Assembly (NCBI GenBank): GCA_018670085.1
Contig: JABHRS010000035.1
Location: 70,189-134,188, forward strand
DNA: 64,000 nucleotides
From: an archaeon
Lineage (GTDB): Archaea > Nanobdellota > Nanobdellia > Woesearchaeales > GW2011-AR9
Reading direction: 5' to 3'
Positions 39,652 to 49,531 of this stretch are shown here, one piece after another. The notes under the pieces were generated by a model. The model was not told the DNA's origin, ran no database searches, and saw nothing but the letters and a program-made list of their open reading frames with translations. The position numbers and the translations under genes were made by a program. Position 1 is the stretch's first letter, and each line of letters starts with the position of its first letter.

Positions 39652-40548
39652 CTATTTCTTCACCACTAAACTCATAATCTTACTCACAAGCCTTGCCAAA
39701 GTATAAGCCTCAACACGTGACTGATTTGTAAGATTCAAAGATCTGTTTGGACTATACTGATATACTGGTGCAAATTCTACAATGTCCGCGCCAACAACTT
39801 CTTTCAAAGAAAAACAAAGTTTCAAAATTTCAATAACTTGTTTCCAAAGTAGACCTCCTGGTTCTGGAGTTCCAGTGCCACTAATTACTGATGGATCAAA
39901 TCCGTCAACATCAATTGTGATATACAGTTTTTCAGATTCCAATTTCAATAAAGCAGACTTTACTTTCTCCAGATCAAAATCCCAAGCATAAATTGTTTGA
40001 ACCTTTTCATTTAAATCAACGGCAGCCCTCTCATCTTTATCTTGACTACGAATTCCAACTGCTACAATTTCATGTTTATCAACCAATTGACGCATTACAC
40101 AAGCATGATTAAGTTTGCTTCCATTCCAAGAATCTCTGAAATCACTATGTGCATCAATTTGCAAAATTGCAAAGTTGTCATGTAACTTCTCAGCAGCTTG
40201 AACCAAGCCAATACTTACAGCATGATCTCCTCCAAGTCCAATTACAAATTTATTAGATCCAACAGATTCAACAGATTCCTGAATTTTTGAAAGCATTTCT
40301 TCAGGAGTAGAATCACTAAGTTTCAAAACAGGATTTACGAATACTCCTTTCTCAAAATATTCAATATTGAATTCGGCATCATAGTATTCCAAATGTTCTG
40401 ATGCCTTGATAATTTCAATAGACCCAGAAGCTGCTCCTGCACCATAAGTCAAATCTTTTTCATAACTAATTGGCAAGATCACAAATTTACAATCTTTTAA
40501 GTTTCGATATTCTTTTGGCAATTGCATCCAAGTTAATTCCAAACTCAT
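39652..40548 (-). CDS. speB: Agmatinase (arginase/ureohydrolase family)
   Basis: The Mn-binding motifs are present: GGDHAVSIG, LQIDAHSDF, ITIDVDGFDPS. Its start overlaps the upstream stop by 4 nt. Confidence 0.88.
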   Translation of the reverse strand: MSLELTWMQLPKEYRNLKDCKFVILPISYEKDLTYGAGAASGSIEIIKASEHLEYYDAEFNIEYFEKGVFVNPVLKLSDSTPEEMLSKIQESVESVGSNKFVIGLGGDHAVSIGLVQAAEKLHDNFAILQIDAHSDFRDSWNGSKLNHACVMRQLVDKHEIVAVGIRSQDKDERAAVDLNEKVQTIYAWDFDLEKVKSALLKLESEKLYITIDVDGFDPSVISGTGTPEPGGLLWKQVIEILKLCFSLKEVVGADIVEFAPVYQYSPNRSLNLTNQSRVEAYTLARLVSKIMSLVVKK

Positions 40549-41666
40549 TCTACAATCCTCGTTTCAGGAACATCCAAATTACAAAAATTACTAGAAAAAT
40601 TGTAAGCTCCAGAGTTCAAAAACACTAGTTCATCTCCAACAGATACTGGATTCAAATAAACCCGGTAACGAAATAAATCCAAACTGCAAGGAGTTAGTCC
40701 TTTAATGCAATACTGCAAACTACCTTCACTACCTTTGTTTTTTTCTCCCTCAATTAATAATTTTACAGGTACAATTACAGCATCCATATCGCTGTTATAA
40801 ACAGAAGCGTTTACAACCACAGTTCCAGCATCAACAGCAATTACTTTAGCAATCAATTTTCCAGATGGAGCTGCAATAAATCTTCCAGGTTCAATAATCA
40901 ATTTGATTTTTTTCTCAGTTAACCAGTCCCTAAATAGATCAATTTTTTTGAAGATCCCAGTAAGTAAACGCATATCAGTGTTAGCGTAAGCTGCTGGCAA
41001 TCCGCCGCCCATATTAACAACATCAATGCAGTCAAAAAATTCTTCATCAAATAATTCAGCTAATTCAAAACCATAGTTCCACTCGCTCATGTTTTGGGTT
41101 TTACGGTGAAAATGGATTCCTATTTTTTCAATTTGATCAAGTTTACTCAATTCTTTAACTTTAGAATTAATTAATTCTGAATTCATTCCAAATACAAAAT
41201 ATTTCTCGGTTCGAATGGAATTTTCCCTCAATTTTAAACGGAGCAATAAATGAATCTTCAAGTCCAGGTGTTTAGATAAAAAATTCTCAAGCATTTCCAG
41301 ATCATGTAAATTATCAACTGCAAATTTTCTAACTCCTAGATTAACCAAATAATTAATTTCTTCAAAATCCCACGCTTGTGCTAAAAATAAAACCCTAGTA
41401 TAATCAGTAATGTTTACAAGTTCATTAACTAAATGTACACTAAATAAACAACTAACTTCTTTTTCTAAAATACTAGAAACAATTGGATTAGTTTTTGAGC
41501 TGTATGAAACCATATCACAATGTTCATTAACTAGATTAAATTGAGATAATACTTTAGATTTTGATAATTCAAAATACGCATTATTCTTCTTAAATGTAGT
41601 AACTGTAACTCCAGCAACTTCTGTAACTCCAGCAGTTGAATTGTTAGAATTATTTGCATCATTCAT
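40545..41666 (-). CDS. PLP-dependent (fold type III) Orn/DAP/Arg decarboxylase family enzyme, probably arginine decarboxylase by context
   Basis: SYSSKTNP contains the PLP lysine. GIHFHRKTQN, NMGGGLPAAY and EPGRFIAAPSG are present. I place the start at ATG 41666 (MNDANN...), overlapping the dhs stop as ATGAATGA. Confidence 0.8.
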   Translation of the reverse strand: MNDANNSNNSTAGVTEVAGVTVTTFKKNNAYFELSKSKVLSQFNLVNEHCDMVSYSSKTNPIVSSILEKEVSCLFSVHLVNELVNITDYTRVLFLAQAWDFEEINYLVNLGVRKFAVDNLHDLEMLENFLSKHLDLKIHLLLRLKLRENSIRTEKYFVFGMNSELINSKVKELSKLDQIEKIGIHFHRKTQNMSEWNYGFELAELFDEEFFDCIDVVNMGGGLPAAYANTDMRLLTGIFKKIDLFRDWLTEKKIKLIIEPGRFIAAPSGKLIAKVIAVDAGTVVVNASVYNSDMDAVIVPVKLLIEGEKNKGSEGSLQYCIKGLTPCSLDLFRYRVYLNPVSVGDELVFLNSGAYNFSSNFCNLDVPETRIVE

Positions 41667-42615
41667 TTTTATTCGCTCCAAAAGGTAATAATCCTTCTTC
41701 TTCAAATTGTTCAAGTGCATTAATCATCGCAAGTGGGAATGTAATAGTTACATCGCCATGAACGGTTGCAACATCACTGTCATCCTTTACTTTACCCCAA
41801 GACTTAGCTTCATTAGTTGTAGCTCCGCTCATACTCCCACTAGTTTTATGCGCAGTTGTCATATATACAGCATAAGATGCTCCACCGTTGAGTAAAGTTG
41901 CAAGAATTGCATGATGTTTACTAATACTTCCACCAAGTGCAATTACTGCTTTCTTTTCATCATGGTTACTCGAAAACAAAATGTTTCCAAAATCAGCTAC
42001 TACATCAATTACAAAATCCCGATGTTTTTGTTGAAATAGGTAAAGATGAAATCCAAATGACCCATCTGTTATTGCCGGACAAAAAATTGGAACATTATTT
42101 TTAGCAGCTTGGTACAAAATACTACTCTCATCATCTAAAATTAATCCCAGTTCTCGAAGTAATTCTGAAGGCGTCCATTTTTTCTGCTTTTCATACAGCT
42201 TAGCCAGGACAGGTCCAATCCAATCTTCAAACTTCATATAACTCTCATTTTTAATTAAAACATTTCCAACCCTGTTAACACCTTTTTCATGAAGTTCCAC
42301 ATCATCTGCTGAAAAACTTCCAATAGAAAATTTCTCTCCAAGTGATTTCATAATATCTTCTTCGATTCCACCAACAGTTGTAACTAACACATCAGCGATT
42401 CCAAGTTCCACTAATTGTGCAAAAAAACCACGAAGTCCACAAGAGACCATATTCGATGTGAAAGTTAAATACAGCTTAGCTGAATTTTTTTTCATTTTGA
42501 CAATTACTTCACTTGCTCTTGCAAGTTGCACACTTTGATAACCAACTTTTCCATACTGACCAACTAAGTCAGATACTTTCATCTGTTTTTTCCATTTAAA
42601 ATCTGTTACATACAT
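41659..42615 (-). CDS. dys: Deoxyhypusine synthase
   Basis: TSNMVSCGLRG, TTVGGIEEDI and NEAKSWGKVK (catalytic Lys region) are present. The length of 318 aa is typical for archaeal DHS. Confidence 0.88.
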   Translation of the reverse strand: MYVTDFKWKKQMKVSDLVGQYGKVGYQSVQLARASEVIVKMKKNSAKLYLTFTSNMVSCGLRGFFAQLVELGIADVLVTTVGGIEEDIMKSLGEKFSIGSFSADDVELHEKGVNRVGNVLIKNESYMKFEDWIGPVLAKLYEKQKKWTPSELLRELGLILDDESSILYQAAKNNVPIFCPAITDGSFGFHLYLFQQKHRDFVIDVVADFGNILFSSNHDEKKAVIALGGSISKHHAILATLLNGGASYAVYMTTAHKTSGSMSGATTNEAKSWGKVKDDSDVATVHGDVTITFPLAMINALEQFEEEGLLPFGANKNE

Positions 42616-42831
42616 ATTATTTCACCATTAATTGTTATTATTTATCATTGTTTGTTAATTTAAATTTCACTTAATAAAAACCACAAATTCATGCCACAAC
42701 AGATTATAAAAACAATTGAGACACAAAGCTCACACTATTAATTTATTCAAGAAAAAGAGGTTCTAACTTCCACGTTTACGAACTGAACTCATTGTTATCT
42801 ATAATATCACTCTTATTTAAAAATCTAAGGG

Positions 42832-44781
42832 TTAAAGTACTGAATATACTAAATCACAAACCGCTTGTGGTAATCTTAATACAGATGGAACATTTTGAGA
42901 AAATGTAGTGTTTTTGGTTAAAATATCAAAATAGTCACTTGGATCATTATCAACATTAAAGTAAAATGTTCTAATTCCCAGAGCTTCAACTTCCCCAAAT
43001 GCCATAGAGGTATCAATCACAGGGTCACCTGCATCATAACCAGCTGCTACTGGTTTTCCATCAGTGAATACAAATAGGTTTTTTTCTTTAGCTACCATTT
43101 TGTTTAACTCAGCAGCAACGCCACGAATAGCCACTCCATCCGCATTCCCACCCTCTGTTTCTAATGCACCTAAATTTTCCAAACTATCTATTCTGTATAG
43201 ATTTGTTTTCTCAGTGTCTGTTGAAAAAGCATACAATAAAACTCTGTCCCCAACAGCCGGATGAGTTAAAGCTTGGTACAATAACCCAGCAGCTTCCTTT
43301 TCAACATCAATTACTCGCTTTCCATCCGCTAGTTGATTTCCAGTAGACCCACTAATGTCAATTAAAATTACGTTCAATGTATCACGTCTAATAATTTTCT
43401 GACTGTCATAAATTCTAGCATTTGCTGCTAAGTTTGGATCACTAAGTACTTCAATAACAGCCTCCATGTTTAATTGATCAGGATCTTCTTGAAACCTAAC
43501 TCTTTGCATAGCGTTTGGTCTAAGTTTTGCAAAATGTCCAACAATTTGCTCCCTTAAATGGGAATATTTAGCAAGTTCCGTTACAAATTGATCGTTACGT
43601 CCTTCATAAGTTTGGTATTGCAAACTCGCAATGAACATATACGACTTTTTAAGATCATTATAAGTTATAATTTGAACTTTGTTTGGATCTTTTTTATCCT
43701 GCACATCTTCTTTAATAGATCCAGCCTTTGACATGCCAACACCACTGGCTGAATTAACAAAAGGACTTTTTTTACTAAAATTTCCTGCTAACTTTCCCAA
43801 TGTAGATTCAGCTGTATCTGCTGCACTAAAATCATGCACATCACCACGAAATCCAACATAAACTTTTTGAGTTTTATCTTTAGCTCCTTCATCCGAAGCA
43901 CCTGTTCCTTGACCTTGACCTTCACCTTCGCTTTCACCTTTACCTTTACTATCTTTATCAGATGCTGGTGCATTAACTGGTGCATACCTAGAGTTCTCAT
44001 TTGGAAATTCTTGCTCAATTTTTGGAAATGCTTTTGTTACCAGTTCATATAATTCTGGAACATCAGACCATACAACTTCAACTGATCTTCTGTCATGCCT
44101 TGGCCCATAAATATTATTTGTAATCATCATTGCCCGCTCTAGTACATCAGCTGCAATTCTAACACCTATTTTGTTTAATTGATCATTATCAACTTTAAAT
44201 TCTAATGTTTCTCTTTCCACATCCTTTACAGCAGGGTTAAACATTGAAGGTAATCCCTTACAGATAATCTGTGTGGAGAATATATCCATGAATCTTTCAT
44301 GTACAGTTGCTGACAGCTTATTTTTACTTGAATAAAACTGATTTGATCCAACTAATAAATTCACATCTTGTCTTTGTAAATAAAATTGACCATTGTATTC
44401 AATTCTCGCATCATCTGTAATGTTGTATAACGAATGAGCTAGCCCTTCATTTTCAAAAGATTTCAAATATTCTCTTCCATCAACAAAGAATGATCCTTCT
44501 AAGATGTGTAAAATTTCATGAACCAAATCAGAACGGTATAAGCTCATATTCCTGTTATTGAATAAATCTCTTTTTGAATCCTTAAAATCACTTTTTTGAG
44601 AAGGTAAGAAAATTCTTTTCCCATCAGTTTGTGGTCTTCTACCAGAAAGCAGAGGAAATACCCCAAGGTACCCTACCATTACTCTTTCTAATTGGGGTTT
44701 TGCTTTTTTAAAGTTTAAAGCGTACCAATTATCTATCGCACAGATAGCTTGCTTTTCATCATCAGTAAATTCTCTTGACAT
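42832..44781 (-). CDS. VWA-domain protein with intact MIDAS and an N-terminal HExxH putative metallopeptidase-like domain (NorD/CbbO- or DUF2201-like architecture)
   Basis: The C-terminus has VILIDISGSTG (DxSxS), then GGNADG, then VFTDGKP. The N-terminus has DLVHEILHILEG. A Gly/Glu/Lys low-complexity linker lies in the middle. I prefer ATG 44781 (MSREF...); the track start at 44796 is TTG. Confidence 0.8.
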   Translation of the reverse strand: MSREFTDDEKQAICAIDNWYALNFKKAKPQLERVMVGYLGVFPLLSGRRPQTDGKRIFLPSQKSDFKDSKRDLFNNRNMSLYRSDLVHEILHILEGSFFVDGREYLKSFENEGLAHSLYNITDDARIEYNGQFYLQRQDVNLLVGSNQFYSSKNKLSATVHERFMDIFSTQIICKGLPSMFNPAVKDVERETLEFKVDNDQLNKIGVRIAADVLERAMMITNNIYGPRHDRRSVEVVWSDVPELYELVTKAFPKIEQEFPNENSRYAPVNAPASDKDSKGKGESEGEGQGQGTGASDEGAKDKTQKVYVGFRGDVHDFSAADTAESTLGKLAGNFSKKSPFVNSASGVGMSKAGSIKEDVQDKKDPNKVQIITYNDLKKSYMFIASLQYQTYEGRNDQFVTELAKYSHLREQIVGHFAKLRPNAMQRVRFQEDPDQLNMEAVIEVLSDPNLAANARIYDSQKIIRRDTLNVILIDISGSTGNQLADGKRVIDVEKEAAGLLYQALTHPAVGDRVLLYAFSTDTEKTNLYRIDSLENLGALETEGGNADGVAIRGVAAELNKMVAKEKNLFVFTDGKPVAAGYDAGDPVIDTSMAFGEVEALGIRTFYFNVDNDPSDYFDILTKNTTFSQNVPSVLRLPQAVCDLVYSVL

Positions 44782-44934
44782 TTTTATATAACTCAAATAT
44801 TTTTAAACATCTCAAAAATTGTACCCAGAACTAATTTATTTGCTCAAGGAGTTTTCTATCTATTATTAGCAAAAATTGATCCTATTATGCTAACAAAAAA
44901 ACCCCCTCTTTTTGTTAATATTCAATATTGTTAA

Positions 44935-44958
44935 CTCATTTTTAAAGCTTTTGTCAAG
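44935..44958 (-). promoter_or_regulatory. Copy 2 of the shared 24-nt motif (coding strand CTTGACAAAAGCTTTAAAAATGAG), upstream of the VWA gene
   Basis: It matches the motif at 55872-55895 at 21 of 24 positions. It contains a BRE/TATA-like core AAAGCTTTAAAAAT. An adjacent GTTGTCGTAAAAT (44958-44972) resembles GTTTTGTCGTAATTT at 55835-55850. Confidence 0.4.
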
Positions 44959-45033
44959 ATTTTACGACAACCAAGATTAAAACCAGTTTACAGTCCTATG
45001 TGGGTGTTATAAATGTTAACTTAGACCATAATT

Positions 45034-46293
45034 TTACAGGTTTATCTCCCTACTTTCCAAAGTTCCAATTCTGTATTTATCTCCACCGATCAGATCATCA
45101 TCTTCAGTAAATCCGTCGACAATATGTTCCGCCCATTGGTTTACTACACCAGATTCCAATGCTTCAGGCAATTTTTCAAAGAAAAACTGATCAGCATTAT
45201 GACGTTGAGAACTGTTGTAAGCTTGGTAAATTAAATCAATATCACTTGACAGGAATATTTTCATCTGTGAAATGGATAAAAGTGGTTCAAACTGATCAAA
45301 AATATCCTTTTGTTGATGAGACAAGTTAGAAGAATTTTGATAAACCTCAATATAATCTCTGCAAGAATCTTGAACATATAAATGATTCTGATTTTTATCC
45401 GCACCCGATAAAACAGCTATTAAATCCCTCATAAATTTGTCCTGGAGATTCAATAGTCTTGCAGATTTATATCCATCAGCTATTCTTGCATATTCACTAT
45501 CTTGCATAACAGGGATTATTTTTGTTATTTCATCCAGCATAAGTTCATTTAATATGCCTTTCCAATATGCTGTCTTTTCATCAGATGGATCATTTCCTAA
45601 AAAATTAATGAATTCAGTTGGAACAATATATGGAATTGATGGCATTCGTAAATATGCCAAAACTTCAGCAGCATTTTTTGCAGTTTCAAAACCATTATCA
45701 ATCACATATTTAACAGCATTAGCAAAACCAACTGCAAATAAAGTGTTAGGCACCATATTCAGATAACGAATACTTTCAAATAATTTTATTTTACCATCAT
45801 CACTATCAATTTCTTGATAAATCCCAAAAAGCTCCTTTAGATGATGTTCAATAAAAGAATTATTTTCTAACGAAAAGTCATCATAATTTGCAAAATTTCT
45901 TGCATCTTCCAACATCTTTTCAAAATTGGATAGTTCAGGATTATTTTCTATGTCAATTTCAGAAAATAATCTTAATGTAATTCCAGTTAAAATTGGTTCT
46001 GAGTTAATCATGTTAATCTCCTCATCAGAAAAAGTTCTAGCAGCTGCAAATGTTTTAGTGACATCAACATTTCCTAAAAAATCACGATAAATGTCATCAT
46101 TTTCAAAATAAGTATTGAACTTAATGAAACTATTATAATTAGATTCCCCAACTGTTTCTATAAAAGTAGACAGCCCATCTTCTTGTAGTATTCGTTCCAA
46201 ATCATATGTATTCGCTTTAGCACAAAGTTTGATGTACTTTTTAGCATGCAAATCATCAGCCTGTATAGTATCAGATATTATTTCACCATTCAT
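45034..46293 (-). CDS. Paralog 5 (about 419 aa) of the family with the conserved C-terminal module FFEKLPEALESGVVNQWAEHIVDGFTEDDDLIGGDKYRI
   Basis: I place the start at ATG 46293, which forms ATGA with the upstream stop, with GAGGTG 8-10 nt upstream. The protein is alpha-helical by composition. No known domain recognised. Confidence 0.8.
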   Translation of the reverse strand: MNGEIISDTIQADDLHAKKYIKLCAKANTYDLERILQEDGLSTFIETVGESNYNSFIKFNTYFENDDIYRDFLGNVDVTKTFAAARTFSDEEINMINSEPILTGITLRLFSEIDIENNPELSNFEKMLEDARNFANYDDFSLENNSFIEHHLKELFGIYQEIDSDDGKIKLFESIRYLNMVPNTLFAVGFANAVKYVIDNGFETAKNAAEVLAYLRMPSIPYIVPTEFINFLGNDPSDEKTAYWKGILNELMLDEITKIIPVMQDSEYARIADGYKSARLLNLQDKFMRDLIAVLSGADKNQNHLYVQDSCRDYIEVYQNSSNLSHQQKDIFDQFEPLLSISQMKIFLSSDIDLIYQAYNSSQRHNADQFFFEKLPEALESGVVNQWAEHIVDGFTEDDDLIGGDKYRIGTLESREINL

Positions 46294-47759
46294 TTGCAAG
46301 ACACCTCAAGTTCTCGACTATAGATCGGTCCAATTCTGTATTTGTCTCCACCAATCACATCTTTATCTTCAAGATTGCATCTATCAATTATACTCTCAGC
46401 CCACTCAGATACAATTCCTTGTTCCATAACTCGAGGTAAATTTTCAAAAAAATTATCTTCAAAATGACCAATCATGGCATAACCAAAAGCTTCACTTACT
46501 ATAGAAAATTCATCGGAAGGCAATTTTAAAAAATAACTCATTGGACTTTTATCAAAATGACCCACTGTTTGGGTAAAAAATGAAGAATTACTACAATAAT
46601 TGTCATAACCTGAATATTTTGAAGTATCGAGATTTACAGCTGTGTAGAATAAGCCAATATCTTTCTCAGACAGAGATTTAGGTTCAAATCTCCACAAGAT
46701 AAAAGCCTCCCTTAAATAATCAAAATTTCCTGAGACTGCTTCGAGCAATTTACTAACAAAAGTATTGCCTCCATTCTCCCACCAAACAGAATTTCTTGTA
46801 CTTGCAAAATTTCTAGCAATCTCAATATCAGAACAAATACCATCAACTAGCAAATCTTTAACCTCACTATTTTTATCTGTCCACAATGCATAAGCTTTTT
46901 GACTAATTGCTGCATCTTGCTTTAACATACTAGCTAATTCAATCCCGATGGAGTTATACAAATTTGAACCACAATTTCCAATAATATATTCCGCCAACTC
47001 CAGATCATCTCCTATCAGATCAAGAATTTCAGCTCTCAAATGGTTGATTTTTGGATTTACTGATTCAAAACTAGTGCTAGTCCCAAAAAAAGACATAAAT
47101 ATCTTTTTAGCTCCAGCATCAACTTTTAATGATCTCAGAATATCCTTAGAAAATAATTTAAATCTACCATCTTCATTCAGAGACTCTATCGCATTAAAAA
47201 TTTCACTATAATCTCCTTTTAAACTAGCAATTAATTGATCTTTGTTTCTTATCACAAATTCCAAAGGCAGATCTGAAAAAGATCTATGTCTTAAAGTATA
47301 ACTTTTAGACATATTTTCAATCAGTTTAGATTCAAAAGAGATATATCTTTTCTGATCCCAATAGTTCACTACATCAAGAGAAAACTTCCCTGTCCAATCA
47401 GAGTTAAGATGAGTACCCAAATTATTATGTAAATACTCAAATCTCCAATCATCAAATGATACTCCACCAGTGAGCATATCAGTTTCACCGATATACTTAG
47501 CCAAAATATTACCAGTAAGTTCTAAACTTTCTTTAGTCCAATATTTTAAGGCCTGATATGCAAAATTATGAACCTCAATAAGATTATTATTTTCAGGTCT
47601 ATCTAAGCTAGAATGATTATCCAAACTTTCCTCCAATGAACTAGCTACTAACTTAAATTTGCTAAGTCCTAATCCTTCTTCTTCCTCAGATAACCCATAT
47701 CCAAAAGATTTAGTTAGATCAGAAAAACCAGCTTCAATTAATTTATCATCAAGACTCAT
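46290..47759 (-). CDS. Paralog 4 (about 489 aa); C-terminal module FFENLPRVMEQGIVSEWAESIIDRCNLEDKDVIGGDKYRI
   Basis: It is a full-length paralog of 49528..51018 with the same N-terminus, MSLDDKLIEAGFSDLTKS. There is an ATGA overlap with the upstream gene, and GGAGGTGA lies upstream. Confidence 0.8.
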   Translation of the reverse strand: MSLDDKLIEAGFSDLTKSFGYGLSEEEEGLGLSKFKLVASSLEESLDNHSSLDRPENNNLIEVHNFAYQALKYWTKESLELTGNILAKYIGETDMLTGGVSFDDWRFEYLHNNLGTHLNSDWTGKFSLDVVNYWDQKRYISFESKLIENMSKSYTLRHRSFSDLPLEFVIRNKDQLIASLKGDYSEIFNAIESLNEDGRFKLFSKDILRSLKVDAGAKKIFMSFFGTSTSFESVNPKINHLRAEILDLIGDDLELAEYIIGNCGSNLYNSIGIELASMLKQDAAISQKAYALWTDKNSEVKDLLVDGICSDIEIARNFASTRNSVWWENGGNTFVSKLLEAVSGNFDYLREAFILWRFEPKSLSEKDIGLFYTAVNLDTSKYSGYDNYCSNSSFFTQTVGHFDKSPMSYFLKLPSDEFSIVSEAFGYAMIGHFEDNFFENLPRVMEQGIVSEWAESIIDRCNLEDKDVIGGDKYRIGPIYSRELEVSCK

Positions 47760-49531
47760 TTGCAACTCACCTCCACTTCTCGGTAATTTCCAATAGTATC
47801 TGTTGCAACCCGATACCTATCTCCACCGATTAAATCTGGATCAAGTTCATTGCAGCTTTCAATAATATGTTCAGTCCAACTTTGATGATCACCATTTCTT
47901 ACCATGATAGCAAAATTTTCAAAAAAATCTTCATGTATCCAACCTGGGCTTAACAATTCATGAGCATGATACATTCTTTCCCTCTCGTGAGCAGGTATTT
48001 GCATAAACTCTTTAACCGATAAATATTCAACAGCTTTGTTCATATAATCCACATTACCCCTATTTTCATTAGATCTTTCATTCAAAAAATTTTCAAACAG
48101 TTGAAATTTATCATCAGAAAAATCACTTTCGATCCAGTCCTTCAAATCTTCAACATATTCTAAAAGAGCAGGTCTTGACAATGAATACACAGTAGTAATT
48201 GAGATTAATTGAGATGCATCAGCTTTTGCTATAGTTTCAATTGGAATATGTTTCAATACCTCAGAAAATCCATCATATACAGATTGATAATCAACATCTG
48301 TTAAATGAGTCAACCTGTTAAAATCATGAAATAACTTAGAGTACATTTCAAGCGCCTTCTTTCTAGTTTCCACATCTCTATCAACAGAATAAAACCTTTT
48401 AACAAAATCTTTATCAAGTCCTATATTGTTAGAAAATTGATATAAATGCATTAAATCGCGTGAATATCCTTCATCATTAACAAATTGTACTCTCGAATTT
48501 TCAGGAAATACATTTTCAGGATCTTCTAATTTAAGTTTCCAGTATGATTCTTCTTTCACTGAAGATATATCTCTGCAATCATGTTTAGAATTATCTTGAG
48601 CATTAAGTGCTTCAGTTAAAATTGAAAAATAGATATTAGAAAAATTGATATTAGAAAATTTATCCAGAAACTCATTTGTTAATTCTTTTTTACTTAAAAC
48701 AGAAGTCATCAACAATTCTTGGTTCATTATCAACTCAGAATTACTAAGTTCAGAAATAGCTTTAACCAAAAAAGGTGAATCCTTTAATCCTTCAATTAAT
48801 TGTGGCAATACTCTTTTTCTTCTTCTTTGATAGAGACTATTTGTGATTGCATTGTAGGAATGTTCAACACTTTTACTAACTGATCCCAGGACCAGATCTT
48901 CATAACGATCATGTAAACTCAGTACAATCCCATTTCCAACAGATGGTTTATTATTAAGAGAAATCAAAAATTCATAAGCTAATTTCGGATCATTTTCTAT
49001 TTCTTTATTAACTTCATCAAAATTAAACCACCTAGAATAATCAACAGATCCACACAGTTTAGAATAAGCATCAGGTACATCAAAATGAGATGATTTTAAC
49101 AAACTAGCATACAAGCTAACATCATGACATATCTCTTTTAATTCATCCCTAACACTCAATAATTTAAGAGCAGACCATCCCTTAAATGTTATGTGAATAA
49201 AATCATTTTTACTAATACCAATATCTTCATCTATTCCTTTGTGATCAACAATATTTTCTAATAATTTTTTTCTAATCGGCAAAAACCTCCAAAGTGGTAA
49301 ATCTTTACCTAGTTCGAAAGAGTGCGATCGGTTCAATCCTTTAACCAAATCTGTTGCATACTTAATCATCCTAGGATATTTCCAAATTTTTAAAGCCAAA
49401 GAACAAAGTTCAGATGAATCAACTATTTGCTCTAAGAATGACTCCGCCTGTGGATAAAATTCACTAGAACTCATTAAAGAACCAGCTTTTAAAGCATCCA
49501 ATGAATCTGGATTTTCAAATTTATTACTCAT
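47756..49531 (-). CDS. Paralog 3 (591 aa); C-terminal module FFENFAIMVRNGDHQSWTEHIIESCNELDPDLIGGDRYRV
   Basis: There is an ATGA overlap with the upstream gene. The roughly 500-aa N-terminal region is divergent. Confidence 0.8.
   Translation of the reverse strand: MSNKFENPDSLDALKAGSLMSSSEFYPQAESFLEQIVDSSELCSLALKIWKYPRMIKYATDLVKGLNRSHSFELGKDLPLWRFLPIRKKLLENIVDHKGIDEDIGISKNDFIHITFKGWSALKLLSVRDELKEICHDVSLYASLLKSSHFDVPDAYSKLCGSVDYSRWFNFDEVNKEIENDPKLAYEFLISLNNKPSVGNGIVLSLHDRYEDLVLGSVSKSVEHSYNAITNSLYQRRRKRVLPQLIEGLKDSPFLVKAISELSNSELIMNQELLMTSVLSKKELTNEFLDKFSNINFSNIYFSILTEALNAQDNSKHDCRDISSVKEESYWKLKLEDPENVFPENSRVQFVNDEGYSRDLMHLYQFSNNIGLDKDFVKRFYSVDRDVETRKKALEMYSKLFHDFNRLTHLTDVDYQSVYDGFSEVLKHIPIETIAKADASQLISITTVYSLSRPALLEYVEDLKDWIESDFSDDKFQLFENFLNERSNENRGNVDYMNKAVEYLSVKEFMQIPAHERERMYHAHELLSPGWIHEDFFENFAIMVRNGDHQSWTEHIIESCNELDPDLIGGDRYRVATDTIGNYREVEVSCK

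Noticed and set aside
44909-44934. gttaatattcaatattgttaac as a palindromic operator
   Set aside because: It is only an imperfect inverted repeat, made of two direct AATATT units. It is AT-rich sequence of a kind that arises easily by chance in this genome.
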